Assembly: GCA_964016885.1 (NCBI GenBank)
Contig: OZ024754.1
Coordinates: 28,520,001 to 28,584,000 of the forward strand
Source: Eledone cirrhosa
Taxonomy: Eukaryota
DNA length: 64,000 nucleotides
Direction of reading: 5' to 3'
Part shown: piece after piece, positions 39,767 to 55,549 of the stretch
How the letters are laid out: every line of letters starts with the position of its first letter
Position numbering within the stretch: the first letter of the stretch is position 1
Made by a program: the position numbers and the translations under genes
Notes under the pieces: generated by a model
What the model saw: the letters and a program-made list of their open reading frames with translations, nothing else
Databases searched by the model: none
Told to the model about the DNA's origin: nothing

Positions 39767-41481
39767 ATGTCATTATGAGAGACTTATGAATGTTGAGAAT
39801 GAAAAGGAGAGAGAGAGAGAGAAACTACCCTCAGTAGTCCCAACAGAGAGACCAGCTATTGAGATTGACGACTATAGGGTCAAAGAGGCAATTAAGGAAA
39901 TGAAAAGTGGTAAGACCACTGGACCGTCAGGGATAGTTGCTGAGATGTTGGAACTAAACTCATTGCACACATAGTCAATCAAGCTATATATGGAGTCATA
40001 CCCAAAGCAGTATTCTTATAAATTGCTACAAAGATAAAGGGGATGCTCTGGAGAGGAGCAATTATAGGGGCATAAAACTGATGGATCAGGTTATGAAAGT
40101 GACAAAAAGATTGCTAGCACAACTAATTAGAGAAAGGGTCAAATTAGATGAGATGCAGTTTGGTTTTGTGCCTGGGAAAAGTACATCAGATGCCCTCTTT
40201 TTAGTAAGACAACTACAAGAGAGGTTCTTAGAGAAGAATAACCCACTATACTTAGCTTTTGTTGACTTAGAGAAGGCCTTTGATAGAGTACCCTGATCCG
40301 TCATCTGGTGGTTCCTAAGGAAACTAGGTGTAGAGGTATGGCTTGTGAGGACAGTGCCAAGCTGTGTACAGAGGAGCTGTCAATAAAGTGAGAGTAGGAA
40401 TGGAGTTTAGTGAGGAATTCCAGATACAAGTAGGAGTGCATCAGGGTTCGGTCCTCACCCCACTCTTATTCATTCCAAGCCATAACAGAGGAGTTTAAGA
40501 CTGGATGCCCACGGGAACTTCTCTGTGCTGATGATCTTGTTCTTATAGCAGAATTAGTAGAGGAGCTAGAGAATAAATTCTGACTATGGAAACAGCAGCT
40601 GGAATCAAGAGGACTGACAGTGAACCTAGCTAAGACTAAAGTGTTGATAAGTAGGAAAGTGGACAAAACTCTGATTCCATCAGGGAAATGACCATGTTCA
40701 ATATGTAGAAAAGGAGTTGGCATAAATTCTATAAAATGCTCACAATGCATATCTTGGGTACACAAGAGATGGAGTGGGATAGCAGGCAAACTAACAGGAA
40801 GGGAAAACTACATATGCAGTAGAGGTTCAGGGAAATTTGATAGTAGAAGTGGCAGTGATAGACACATTTTTCAAATGCAGGTAGGATCTATAGAGGTGGT
40901 TGATAGCTTCTGATACCTAGGTGATCCGATAAGCAAGGGAGGAGGATGCTCCAAGGCCATAATATCTAGAATAAGGACGAGTTGGAAGAAGTTTAGTGAG
41001 CTACTTCCTCTGTTTACAATGACGGGTTTCTCCTTACGAACGAAAGGCCCGTTATATGATGCCTCTGTGAGATGCACGATGCTGCATGGTAGTGAGACAT
41101 GAGCAGCAACTGCGGAGGATATGCAATGGCTGGAGAGAAATGAAGCAAGCATACTCCAATATATGTGCAATGTCAATGTGCGCGAACGAGTTGAGAGTGA
41201 AACTGTATAAGTGGGATAAACTGTAGTGTGTGAGAGAGAAGACTGCATTAGTATTGACATGTGATGCACATGGAGGATGACTGCTGGGTAAAGAAGTACT
41301 AAGAAATCCCAGTGGGAGGAAGATCATGAAAATCATGGGCGGAGGTGGTGAGAGCTGAACTCAGATCGCTGAAGCTCACAGAGGAGATGACGAAGGACCA
41401 TGACGAATGGAGAGATGCTGTGCTGAAAAGGATCTGTCCTACCCTTGCAAGCAAGGAAAAGTGGATGTAAAATGATGATGA
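39767..41481 (+). mobile_element. RTE LINE family 1, older 5'-truncated copy
   Basis: Homologous to about 2745-4527 with many stops; (GAT) tail. Confidence 0.92.
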
Positions 41482-42230
41482 TACATATATATAAATATAT
41501 ATATATATATGTATATATGTGTGTGTGTGTGTATGTTTATACATATATATGTGTGTGTGTGTGTTTATATATATAGGTAGATAGACTGACAGACAGATGG
41601 CATGGGACATTACAACAGTATAAAGTAAAATAAGGATTAAGGTACCTCAATATATGATAATTTTAGAGTGGTTTACCAAATGGAAATATCATTGCTCTTT
41701 CTTTTGTAGTCAGACTAGCATTGACTTCAAATATCAAAAGTTGTGAAATATAGAATTTGCAGAACATTTTGTCATTTCACTTATTCTGTTCTGCCTTTTT
41801 TTTTTTCATTTTTAGTTGTTACCTACTCACTTATTCTCTACTTGCCACTTGAGATTGTCTAACGTTCACACACAGCATAATTGAACAAAAATACTAAGCT
41901 TATTATTATATTAAGATTGCCAACGACTCTCCTGATACATTTAAACATTTAAACATTTTGATCTGTGTTTAAATATTTTTGTCCTTTAACTGTAATCATC
42001 TCATGGTCTTTATAATACAAGAATTATCTGACTGGCACTGTGAAAATCCTGATTTTAACCATTCTTCTGATACATTCCAGCTTTTGTTGTACACATTGTT
42101 GCTGTTGTCGATGATGAGATAGAAGATTACAATAAAATACGCCATGAAAAGTGTAGATACAGGCATATTATTTTGTCTTTCAAGTATACATACACACGCA
42201 CATATACTTATACACACACACTTATGTATG

Positions 42231-42268
<38 letters not shown>

Positions 42269-42612
42269 TGTGTACTCACATACATATATATGCATATATA
42301 TGTATCTGTATGTATATATATATGTATATGTATGTATATGTATATATATGTAGAGAGAGAGAGATGTATATATGCAATGAGAAGCCGTATAGATAATCAA
42401 CCCTTTCACTGCAAATCTAAAGCCCATTCTATCATACTGTGTCAACAATTGTCCAAATGTTCTATGAAGGAAGAACACAAAAGACATTGATTATTTCCAG
42501 AATAATGCACCACATTTCCTTTTCTTCTCTTCTAGCTTTCATTCTCTGGACAAAAAAAAATGTAGACACAGAAGTCATATCCTGATGTGTTTCTAGCAAT
42601 CTCTCTTTCTCT

Positions 42613-43155
42613 CATCATCATCATCACCGTTTTACGTCCATCCTTCCACGCTAGCATGAGTTAAACAGGTTGTCCTGTTGTGGACAATGCCAAGTTGGGT
42701 GACCATGTCTTGCTCATATGGGAATTGATTTTGGCTTGATTTCTGCAGTTGGATGCCCAACCTAACAGTAACCTCATTTACAGTGAGTACTGGGTGCTTT
42801 TTTACCGTGGCGCCTATATGTATATATAAATGAATGCCTTATACAGTTGTATCATCAACTTGTCATCAAACGTCCATCTTCCACGCTAGCATGGGTTAGA
42901 TGGTTTTCTTCCACTTGATGCGGGAATGGTTGGGAGATGTGTCTCGCTCATACAGAACTGTCTCTGGCAGGGTTTCTACGGCTGGATGCTCTTCCTAACA
43001 CCAACCACATTTACAGTGTGGACTGGGAGCCTTTTTGTTGTGTCACCAACATAGTGGATGGAAATGGGTGGATGGGGTAGGATGTGTGGGGTGGGGTGTA
43101 TATTGGGTTAAGACGTGCCTACTGACTGTCGGTTTGTATGCAAGGGAAGGCGGGT
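42613..43155 (-). mobile_element. Two RTE-tailed non-autonomous/3' fragments
   Basis: CGTCCATCTTCCACGCTAGCATGGGTT tails at about 42635 and 42871; second copy extends into family-2-like UTR. Confidence 0.7.
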
Positions 43156-43258
43156 CTTCTGTACAACTGCATATATATAAAGATATATATATATATATAA
43201 AGATATATATATATATATATATATATATAAAGATATATATATATATATATATATATAA

Positions 43259-43297
<39 letters not shown>

Positions 43298-43521
43298 GAT
43301 ATGTACGGATAAAATTTGTTTGTGTAGTTCAGTATACAAACAAAATAAACAAATAAGATTGCTTACCAAAGTATTTTTCTCAACAAGGTCTTTGCATGAG
43401 GTACGGTAATAGTCCAAGAAGAGAGATCAAGGTACAGTATCCAGGTAGAAGATCACAGAGCTATAATATATTTAAATGTGTAGGAAAAACAATGCCTAGT
43501 TGTTTGTTTTTCTTGCACATT

Positions 43522-43552
<31 letters not shown>

Positions 43553-43560
43553 TATAGAGT

Positions 43561-43618
<58 letters not shown>

Positions 43619-43833
43619 CATAAGTATCTGGGCAGTCAATGAATTTTTATTGCAAGTTTTGCAGATAACCTTTTGAAAATTTGCTTCAAATTGTATTGAG
43701 GAATGGGGTCAGTTTTCGAACACTTTAATTATATTTTTTAAACTACTTCTTTTGTTGTATTCATATTTTAGTACTGCATGACCAGAATTTTAGTAAATAT
43801 CATTTGGAATATAACTGTTGGGTTGGTTGGTTA

Positions 43834-43884
<51 letters not shown>

Positions 43885-43925
43885 AACAGACGAAAAATCA
43901 GTGATGCATCTAGACTCAGTTTATT

Positions 43926-43978
43926 GCGTGTTACAATTGTTTCGCCTATGGAAGCACTATAGCTACCATTAAACACGC
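43926..43978 (-). ncRNA. Decayed hammerhead in pLTR relic between (TA)n runs
   Basis: GCGTGT-TTAATGG-..CATAGGC-GAAA-CAATTG-TA-ACACGC; stems I and III intact, CUGANGA mutated. Confidence 0.5.
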
Positions 43979-45039
43979 GTATATATATATATATATATAT
44001 ATACCCATGCTAGCGTGGAAGATGGATGTTAAACGATGATGATGATGATATACAAATGAATATATATAATTTGCAATGCGACAGTCTTAGTGCTGTTTTG
44101 TACTTTTTAAGAATGCTTTGCTAATATGGTTTGTTAATACAAATGTTTACCATTACTAGTGAAAATTCGTAGTATTATAGACTTTAATGTTTAATGTAAC
44201 ACAATTGCTGTTTTGTAGTTTTCAAGAATGTCTTACTAATATGGTTTCATATGGTTTGTTAATTCAAATGTTTATAGTATTTTTACTAGTAAACTGCTCA
44301 TTGTGAAAATGTGCTGTATTTGAGTAAAGACTTTCATTTTAATGTAATGTAGTCATAGAGCTGTTTAGTACTTTTGTAGAATGTCTTGCTAATGTTGTTT
44401 CATGTGCTACAGGATGTTAAAATGTAAAGCATCATAACATGAACTTTATATAGAAATTGTTGAAAAAGAAACTGGAGTTTCTGTGTATTTAGTAGTTTCA
44501 AGGAATATCAATGTGGAAGCCAAAACAATCAATAAAAAAAAATGAAACAACTGGACTGAACAAGAACAATGGCATCTAAATTATGTTTGTGTCTTCAGAT
44601 GTGATGTCTTGGTTGATTGACAGTAGTGCTGCATAACAAACATTGGCTTACTTTCAACTGGAATGTCGTAGTTCTACTCTATGTAAACAACATTCTGCAG
44701 ATAAAATTTATTTATGTGGGAAGTCTTATACGACTAACTTCAACCCTTTTGATACCAAGCCACCTGAAACCCCTCCTGGTTCTATGATACAAACTGTTTA
44801 TTTTAAAGTGTTTATACATTTCTAAAAACTTTCCATCATAATTTTATATAAGAACCTTTGTTAAGTTATATTCCAAACACCACTGTAATAATGTGAAAAT
44901 TAGTTATATTACTAAATCCCTCAATATTTTTGATTATGTTCAAAATCTAAACTATAATAAAGTAAGGAGTGTGGGACTGCGTCTAGAATATATTTTTTTA
45001 TTCCGTTTGTAAAATAAGTTGGATTACTTTGAATAAATA

Positions 45040-45226
45040 ATTGTTTCTACTTTTGGCACGAGGCCAGCAATTACCCAGTGCATTACTGGTACTTTATTTT
45101 ATCAACCCCGTAAGGATGAAAGGCAAAGTTAACCTCGACAGGATTTGAACTCATACCGTAAAGGGACGTAACTATGCTGGAAAGCATGGCATCCGACCCT
45201 CTACCGATAGTGCCAATTCACTGCCT
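45040..45226 (-). mobile_element. SINE family B
   Basis: Homologous to 10086-10262. Confidence 0.85.
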
Positions 45227-45723
45227 TACTTTGAATAAATAATGAATGTATATTACATAATTTATCTACTAAATTTCGTTATCCTTGATTAAATATAAAT
45301 AATATTGTTGCTTATTTTAAGATTCACTTCTTTAAAATGTTCAAATGTCAACACTTTCGGTTAGCGATCGCTTAAATAAACATTCATCTATTTCCGTCAC
45401 TAATTTTCTCCTAATGCAGTTTATATATAATATCGTCTTTTTTTAATGTACCATGGATTATGTTACTAATTACATAAGACAGTATAACGCAGTCTTTGTT
45501 CAATTTCTGTGTATATTGTCAATTATGATTTTATTTGATGTATCATATCTACATACATATATGCATATATACTTGCATATAATATCAATATGCACATTAC
45601 ACATGCTAGCAGAAAACCAACCGAAGGGTGGTTTTTCTGCTAGTTATTTTAAAATCTTAGGCAGTGTCTTTCATTAGAAATACAGTAAGAACAAAATTAG
45701 GTTTTGCTCAAAAATAGCAGATA

Positions 45724-45912
45724 CGTAAATATATTCGTGAGTTTTATATCGAATAATATTTGATTTGTTTGCAACCAAACAGTTTCATTACTCTGTCACC
45801 ACAAAAGGATGACAATGGTTATCTAAAACACATAGAATATTGAGGCTGTTTGCTTGCAAATGAATCGAATATTATTATTATAATTTGATATAAAACTGAC
45901 AAATGTATTTAC
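45724..45912. repeat. Diverged inverted repeat (about 62-bp arms)
   Basis: GTAAATATATTCGTGAGTTTTATATC..TTTGCAACCAAACAG mirrored by CTGTTTGCTTGCAAA..GATATAAAACTGACAAATGTATTTAC. Confidence 0.6.
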
Positions 45913-46940
45913 ATAAGAACTTTTGTTAAGTTATGCTCCAATCACCAATTATAAAATGAGAATGTTATATATTGAATGAGAATGTTATATATATTGCTAA
46001 ATCCCTCCAAATTCTAGATTATTTTCAAAATTATAAGGCCAGAGGCAGTGCATTTCATTAGTGGAAGGGTTAACGTGACAGCAAGAGTATTTAGTTACTA
46101 TTGTTTAATTAAACAAAAGATGACATTGTATTTATTTTAGATGTTTTTTTTCATTTTTTAAACGATTAATTTTTTACACTTTTTATAAGTTTTTTTTTTA
46201 TCTTTGCAAAAGTTGCTCCGTTTATGAGGTTTTACTTCACAGCACCAATAAGTTGGTGATAATTGCCTTACATCTGTATTGATTTAAAACTTTTTTCTTG
46301 ACTTCAAAGCCAATCATAAACATAAATAATAATTCACAATTTTCATAATAGATTAAAATAATGTTGTGCACAAATATAAAAGAAAGTTATGTGTTTAGTT
46401 CTTTTGAAGCAATCATTTATTCAATCTGTTAATTTCATTTGATTGCTGCTTTTAACATAGCAAGCACTTACCCACATTTGCCTATTACTCCCACTAACAA
46501 ATGTTCATGCACTTAAACTAATCACAGACTTTGTTGATTATACTGGGTGTGGTAAAATGGTTTTGTTTGCTTTTGTATTTCTTAATTGTTTTGTTTTTTT
46601 CTCTTGTCTTGTCTTATTTTGTTTCTTTTTCACAAATAATTTGAAAAAAAAACTTGTATTTCAAGAGTAACTGTTAAGCTAATACTGTATGTAGAGGGAA
46701 CTAAAAAGTTCATTCTCTTCTCTCAGAAGTCTATAGAACCACATTCTATATATGTTATGAAGGAGCATAGATTAGTGATTAGGATAATTAACTCACAATC
46801 ACCAGGCCCTGAGATCAATTTCTGGAGGCACATTGTACCTTTGACCAGGAGACTTTTCACATTATTCCTGTCCACTCGGCTGGAAAGAACGAGTTGTACC
46901 TATAATTAAAAAGGCTAGTTTTGTCACACCCCAGTCACCT

Positions 46941-47126
46941 AGTCACTCTCATCCTTCCTCAACACATGACCCAACCACCTCATTCTATTTCTCTTCACAA
47001 CATTCTTCATTGCATCTATTCCCATCACCCCTCTCATTCAGTCACTCTCATCCTTCCACAACACATGACCCAACCATCTCATTCCATTTCTCTTCATAAC
47101 ATTTATCACTGGCTCTATTCCCATCA
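46941..47126 (-). repeat. About 99-bp tandem duplication of an old RTE fragment
   Basis: Two copies; minus strand reads MRWLGHVL(R/W)KDESD. Confidence 0.65.
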
Positions 47127-47604
47127 CTGTGACGATTGAAACCAACAAAAGAATATAAAAATAAATATAATACACGCATTCATTTTGCTATAAAGAAGAC
47201 ATTATCATATCGTAGTGCCAGAATTGTTTTGATAGCATCATAAGTTGAAATGGAAACTGAATATTATGGTGGATACAATTCAACATATATGATAGAACCT
47301 TAAGACATCTGAGAAGTGTTTTTTCTTAGGCTGTTTATACCAGCAGAACATGAAAGACTGACTGGAACTCTTTAATGCCCAAGACATTACCCAGGTATGG
47401 TACCTTTGAAACTGTTGCTGTGTTTACCATTCCTTAACAGCTGGAACTATTAACACAAAATAAAACACGAACAAAAACAGAGAAATAAATATTGATAAAA
47501 AGAAAAGATTTTTAAAATTCTTGGATAATGATAAACAGTGACCAAAAATTCTATGGAACTGATAACTCTTACTCTGTACATCAGTAGTCAATCTCTCTAT
47601 CTCT

Positions 47605-48073
<469 letters not shown>

Positions 48074-48077
<4 letters not shown>

Positions 48078-50910
48078 GGAGGTGAGTTTTATTGTAGTAC
48101 AATAAAGCAATGCAGATATCGGATAAGAAGCACTCTACAGTTTGTAGGACTGGAGTATACATAATATAAGATCAAAAGATGGTTAAAGGAGTTCCATGTA
48201 TTTTATTATGCGCATTTCAAAAACAAACATCATCATGCAATAATATTTGTGTTTTCATCAGATAAAACAGAACATGATATGAAGGCTAAAAAACACTTGT
48301 GGATAGTGCAGTTTTAAATCAACATATGAAAAGTGGTTTTAGATTGATGTGTGATATTGGGAAAAATATTTTATTTAGAGAGGGCGGGGGTGGAATGGAT
48401 GAAAAAGGGGAGGAGATGAGAGGGAGAGATGGGTGATAGAGAGAAAGAGATAGTTTTTATAACTGAGAGAAGATATATTGTTTTACATAGAGAGGTTGAA
48501 AACCGTTGGAAGATAATGTATAAATTAAAAGAATTTGAAAATTAACGAAGGGAAGATATGTACGAGGAAAAAATATTTTATTTAGGGAGGGGGGGGGGTG
48601 GAAAGGATGAAAAAAGGGGGAGGAGATGAGAGTGAAGGTGGAGAGGGAGAGATGGGTGATAGAGAGAAAGAGATAGTTTTTATAACTGAGAAAAGATATA
48701 TTGTTTTACATAGAGAGGTTGAGAACCGTTGGAAGATAATGTATAAATTAAAAGAATTTGAAAATTAACGAAGGGAATTTATGTATGAAGATAGAGAGAA
48801 AAAATAATAATTGTGGATGAATATTCTAACGTCAAAAAAAGTGTATGTTGATAAGTATTGTGGCAATTTCAAAATTAACGAAGAGAAAAAATTATTAAGG
48901 TTTGTGTGTAGAAGGATTTGAGAAAAATAATGTGAAGTTAAAGTTTGTATATTGAAGGAATTGATAATATGTGCGAATAAAGAGTTAATATGTATTAAGA
49001 ATGAGTTCGTTGATGGGGAGAAAAAAATAATAAATTAAGGATGAAATTGAGATTAAAAAGTTTTATGATAGAGAGAAAAAATAATAATAATTGCGGATGA
49101 ATATTCTAACGTCAAAAAAACAAATGTATATGTTATGAAGGATTTTACAAGGTGAAGATAGAAAGAGGGTAATGAGTAAACAAGTATTATAGAGTGTATA
49201 ATTTGAAGTAAGGTAGGAAGATGGGTATATTTTAAAGAGGTGTATGCCTTTGAGAAAAGATTCTAAATTGATAAAGAATTGAATATTAACTGTATACTTT
49301 GTGAAAAGTCCTATGGAATTTATGCAGGCAGATAGAAAACAAATCTGTACGTCTATTTATTATAGAATCTAGATTAGAGATAATGGTAAATTGTTCATTT
49401 AGGCAGAGATTACAGATTTTAGATAGAGAGCTGTTCAAGTATGAGGATGCAGAAGAAACCTTCCAAAAGATGGTATATTTAATGTTTTTGTCTTTCAAGG
49501 ACCATATGAGTTCTGAGAGAGCCGTGTTGGTTCTTTTAAGTTTGTATTTGAAAGATGAATGGTGATTATAGACGAGCTTTAAAAGAGGTGGAAGTGGAGC
49601 CAAAATAGGTGAAGGAATTGGTGCTAGTTATAACTTTACATTCATAAATTAAGTTTTTATCGAGACAATGGTTGTTGAGAGGACATTTATTTTTAATGCG
49701 GCAGTTGCAATTAGAGAGATTATTAATGAGTGACCTAGTGTTATCTATAGAAGGAATTGCATTGGAGAAGTTGTTTGCGATAGGAATAATAGTTTCTTGA
49801 TTTAGAGTTGGATTATGAACATTTAGCGAAGTTGTTTTTGACGTTGTATTTGGGTTTACAGAAGTTAGCCTAGGGTTTACAATGACGTCGGGAGTACTAT
49901 TACTGTTATTATGAAATTCAATGTTGGAAGGAAGATATTTAGTATTTTATTGTTGTGTTTAGAGATGATGTTGGAAATATTGGAGGATGTAGAATAAGAA
50001 AATTTGATGGTGTGTTTGTTAAATATTTTACTATAGATATGTGAGGGAGGGAAGCATTTATTTAAGGCACTAAAAAATAATTTAGGAATATTGTTATTAA
50101 TAGAGATGGAGAAAGGAGCATTATACCAGATTATGTTTTTGTATCTAGGTCTTTTATTAAAATTATTAGAATGATCATGATTAATTATTCTACTGTAAGT
50201 TTTTCTAGAATTTGTTTCTTTACTATATTTGATTTTATCTGGATAGCCGGCTTTAGAAAGTGCGTTATTATAGTAATTGGCGTTAGCATCAAAGATGTTT
50301 TTATTAGAAGATATGTTAGATATTCTTTTTCCAATATTACTAACTATAGCATTCCTGATATTGGTAGGATGGTTAGATTTAAAGTTAACATAATTTAGGT
50401 TCTCATTGTTTTTATGGTAAGGGTAATATAGGCCAGTGTCAAGATTAAGAGATACATCCAAGAAATTAGTTAAAGAGATTACGTATATTGTTCTTAATAA
50501 TATTAAGGTTAACTATATTGCAATTTAGGATAGTAAAATGTCCATCGTCACGATAAATTCCACCGCGAAGTTGAGGAATTTTCCGACTCAAAGAGTTCAA
50601 AATGAAGATACCAATTAAATCAGTCAATTGGGATGAATCGGATGCTCCCATTGTGATGTCGAAGTTGTTAGAGGTATCGGCTCTGGTCCAATATTCGTTG
50701 TTGAACTCTAGGATGGTTTTACGTGCGGTGAGGATGATGTGAAGTTCATCTGTGGTGATGTCAGAATATTTAAGTGCGAAAGATAGAGCATTATTGAGAA
50801 GTGAAGGCGAAATGGAGGAATAGTAGCTTGTTTTTGAAATAGTAGCTTGTTTTTGAAATGCGCATAATAAAATACATGGAACTCCTTTAACCATTTTTTG
50901 ATCTTATATT
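48074..50910 (-). mobile_element. Naiad-like Penelope element, 5'-truncated, with 3' pLTR and inverted 5' pLTR stub
   Basis: RT (FDITMG, IYRDDG, SNHP, IIWYNAPFS), CNCR..CPL..C, LIY..YFG GIY-YIG, terminal CNLC..E..NRR..CLH; pLTR from 48074; inverted stub about 50847-50910; (TA)n on both sides. Confidence 0.88.
48201..48267 (-). ncRNA. Hammerhead ribozyme in pLTR
   Basis: TTTTAT-CTGATGA-(long stem II)-GAAA-TGCGCA-TA-ATAAAA; palindromic stem III ATGCGCAT. Confidence 0.8.
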
Positions 50911-50930
50911 ATATATATATATATATATAT

Positions 50931-50971
<41 letters not shown>

Positions 50972-50976
50972 TATAT

Positions 50977-51038
<62 letters not shown>

Positions 51039-51074
51039 ATATATATATATAAATATATATATATATGTATGTGT

Positions 51075-51127
<53 letters not shown>

Positions 51128-51149
51128 CATATATATATATATATATATA

Positions 51150-51381
51150 CGCCAGACAGTCCACGCTGTAATGTGGCCGTGTAGGCAACACGGTAAAAAC
51201 CTCCCAGCCCCACACTGTAAATGTGGTTGGTGTTAGGAAGGGCATCCAACTGTAGAAAACCCGCCAGACAGTCCTATGCGAGCAAGACAACCACTCTTGC
51301 CTCAAGTGGGAAAACCCCCGTCCAAACCCATGCAAGCGTGGAACACGGACGCTAAACCTGATGATGATGATGATGATGATG
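51150..51381 (+). mobile_element. RTE family 2 tail-only insertion in (TA)n
   Basis: Nearly identical to the reverse complement of 59795-60024. Confidence 0.9.
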
Positions 51382-51401
51382 ATATATATATACATATATA
51401 T

Positions 51402-51460
<59 letters not shown>

Positions 51461-51799
51461 TATATATATACACACATATATATATATATACTATTAATAA
51501 TGAGTTCAAAACTCAGGCAGTCCTTTACAGTGAAATAGCTCAAAGAAAGAAGTATTTCTGAGCCGTGTAATACAAGTTAATATAAATTAATATATTTGAT
51601 AAACACAAATACCAACATATTTGTGTTTGTATTGTAAATGACTAAGTTAGCTAGATTGAAAAATACTAATTATAATAATACAGTTTGCCTGTCTCGATTT
51701 AAAATAATAAATCAATAAAAACAAAGCATATTGGCAAATGGCCGTGGTGCTTGGACAAATTTAAATTTCAAAATCATATATATGTGTATATATATATAT

Positions 51800-51920
<121 letters not shown>

Positions 51921-52611
51921 TATATATATACACATATATATATATATATACACATATATATATATACATATATATATATGTGTAGACATTTCAACAGCAT
52001 TCTAAAAAATATTGCCTGTACAGGTAATCAAAGTGTGTATGCGTTTTTTTTTTTCGGAATCCCTGTATATATATGTATATATATATTTGTATGCGTGTGC
52101 GGGTGTATATGTGTGTGGTTTGGGTGGTGGTGGTGCGTGTGAATATGTTTGTCTTGCAATTCGAGTTTTCGAATTGGCGTGGGAGACATTGGCGTGGGGG
52201 AGCTGAATACTGAAAAGCTAACTCCTGTTTAGGTAAAACATAGACCCAGCAATCATCGGGTTCATCAACCAATTTGTTTGACGAAAGCTGCAGCCTGATG
52301 ATGGGAGTAAGCTGTCTCTTTTTTCTACATAGCAAATATACCTGTATATTCTGCCCACCTCCATTGACTGCTCATTCAGTTAATGTTAGAATATATATAT
52401 ATGTATGTATATATATGTATATATTGTGTATTGTGTATTGTATTTATGTACACACACACACATATATATATATACAAATATATACACACACATATACATG
52501 TATATATATATGTGTGTGTGTGGGGTGTGGAAAAATGCCAGGTTGACAATAACCCACTAGAGAACTCGATACTTGGGGCAGTAGAGTGGGTAACACATAT
52601 ATATATGTAAT

Positions 52612-53032
52612 ACAGTAATACAGAAGACCCGCCTTACCTAAGTACAAAGTGAAACCTACTACAGTCAGTAGGCACCTCTAACAAAATACACCCCCGTCCC
52701 ACTACCCCACCCCATCCACACCACCCCTTTCAATGTAAAGTTATGTTGGTACCACAACATCCAGTCCGAAACAAATGAGGTCGTGTAGGTGCCACGACAA
52801 AAAACACACAGTCCACGCTGTAATGTGGCCGTGTAGGAAACACGGTAAAAACCTCCCAGTCCACACTGTAAACGTGGTTGGTGTTAGGAAGGGCATCCAG
52901 CCGTAGAAAACCCGCCAGACAGTCCTATGCGAGTAAGACAACCACTCTTGCCTCAAGTGGGAAAACTCCCGTCCAAACCCATGCAAGCGTGGAAGATGGA
53001 CGTTAAACGATGATGATGATGATGATGATGAT
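52612..53032 (+). mobile_element. RTE family 2 3' UTR fragment
   Basis: Homologous to 30345-30780; (GAT)n tail. Confidence 0.9.
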
Positions 53033-53430
53033 GGTAGCTGCCAACTCGTTTTCGAGTATGGCCAGTACTTTATATCCATGTAGGAAAACCCCTACCGATG
53101 CGCTGAACGAGTGTGACATTTTAGTCCAGCCAGCGACTTGAAAACTCTGGTACAAACACTACACTTGTGACAATTATTGACTCATAGTGCTGGGCCCATG
53201 GTACCATGTGATGACAAGTGCAGAGAGATCTCCAGATATAAAGCAATGCCTGTGCCATGAAGCTTTTATAGTGAGCAAAGGCACTGCACAAAGCCAGTCC
53301 CACTCTCTTAACCAAGATGATATTTACCAAAAAGAACAAGTCAACATCATTGGATACCATCAGGGTTGCAGGTGTTATATCAGAGTTTTCTTTCTTTTAG
53401 AATTCTGCCTTGACAAAGGCTAAGGGGTCA

Positions 53431-54360
<930 letters not shown>

Positions 54361-54363
<3 letters not shown>

Positions 54364-55540
54364 TTTGAGTATATGTTGGCTGTATACCAACACCTCAGTA
54401 TGCAGGCTGGAGCACTCGGACGAAGTGCGCAGGTTGGTTGGTTACTCCAGAGTAATGTAAAATAAAGTTAAATAAAAAGTCAAATGTTTAAAATTTAGCT
54501 TTGTTTAATTGCTGCTATATATATTTCAGTGACAGCCATCTTTGGCTGTGACCTCTTCAGGCAGTCCGAATTAGTGTGGTATAGACAAGTACATATGTTG
54601 TTGAGGTGTATAATATTGTCAATACTCTGATATGTCCAGTTCCTGGTTGGTTGTTATTTCACTGAGGAACTGGAATCATATGAATTTTCAGTGTCAAAGG
54701 GCCTCTTCTCTTCTCATTGGTCAGTTGTTAGAATATTCCTCATTCTAAGTGTTGTTATTGTTGGAGTTAGCTTAAAAAATTGATAAAGTGGTAGAAGGGA
54801 CAAGGTTTTAAAGGAACAAAATAACAAAAAAAGTGTCAAACTTCCCATTGGTCAGTTCTGAGAGCATTCAGAAGTCCTATAGAATTCTTTCTTGGGTGAG
54901 GCTCCCTGTAGTGTTTGTGTTTGCTATTGTTAAGTACATTTGACCTCTACCATTATTCTGGTAGTGTTGTTGGTGTTGTGGTCAGCTTATGTCTTGCTTC
55001 TGTTGACAATTTAGAAGTATCTGTGTGTGTTTTTTCTTCATCTCTCCTGCCACCATCTCTCATAGTGGTGGTGGTGGTGGTGGTGGGGGTTCTCCCAGTA
55101 TATGAAGAAATATAAGGCAATAAATGAAGAAAACAGAAAATAAATAATATAATTTGTATAATTTGAAAATAAATAATAAATAGAGAATAAAGAATAAATG
55201 AAAAATTGGTGAAAAAGTAATGAAAGGGATGAGATGAGTTGGAGAAATGAATTGGAGAGTGAAAAATAAAATGAAGATTCAAATCAAATAAAGTAGGATA
55301 AAGTGTGTGTGTGCTATAACCAATCTCAGGTCAGAAATATGTTGGATAGGATTGGTATGAGGAACAAGATGTTAAAATAAGATAATCAAACAAAATGTGT
55401 TTGTGTAATAATCAATCTCAACTTAAAAATAAATATAAGGTGATACAGTGAAGAGGGCAGAAAACAAATAACAATTAATAAAGAGAATCAAGATTTAAAT
55501 TGGGACTTGAAAGTCAGAAATCAAGTAAATTAAAAAAAAC
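54361..55540 (-). mobile_element. PLE 3' end (ORF tail, UTR, pLTR)
   Basis: Hammerhead, CCAAT motifs, possible ..PNLN ORF end near 55500, terminus at (TA)n. Confidence 0.55.
54512..54564 (-). ncRNA. Hammerhead ribozyme, canonical core
   Basis: CTGC-CTGAAGA-GGTCACAGCCA(AAGA)TGGCTGTCACT-GAAA-TATATA-TA-GCAG. Confidence 0.8.
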
Positions 55541-55549
55541 ACCTGGATT

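Noticed and set aside
49286-49720. Selenocysteine (in-frame TGA) in the Naiad-like element
   Set aside because: Cys positions checked are TGC/TGT; the break near 49570 is a frameshift
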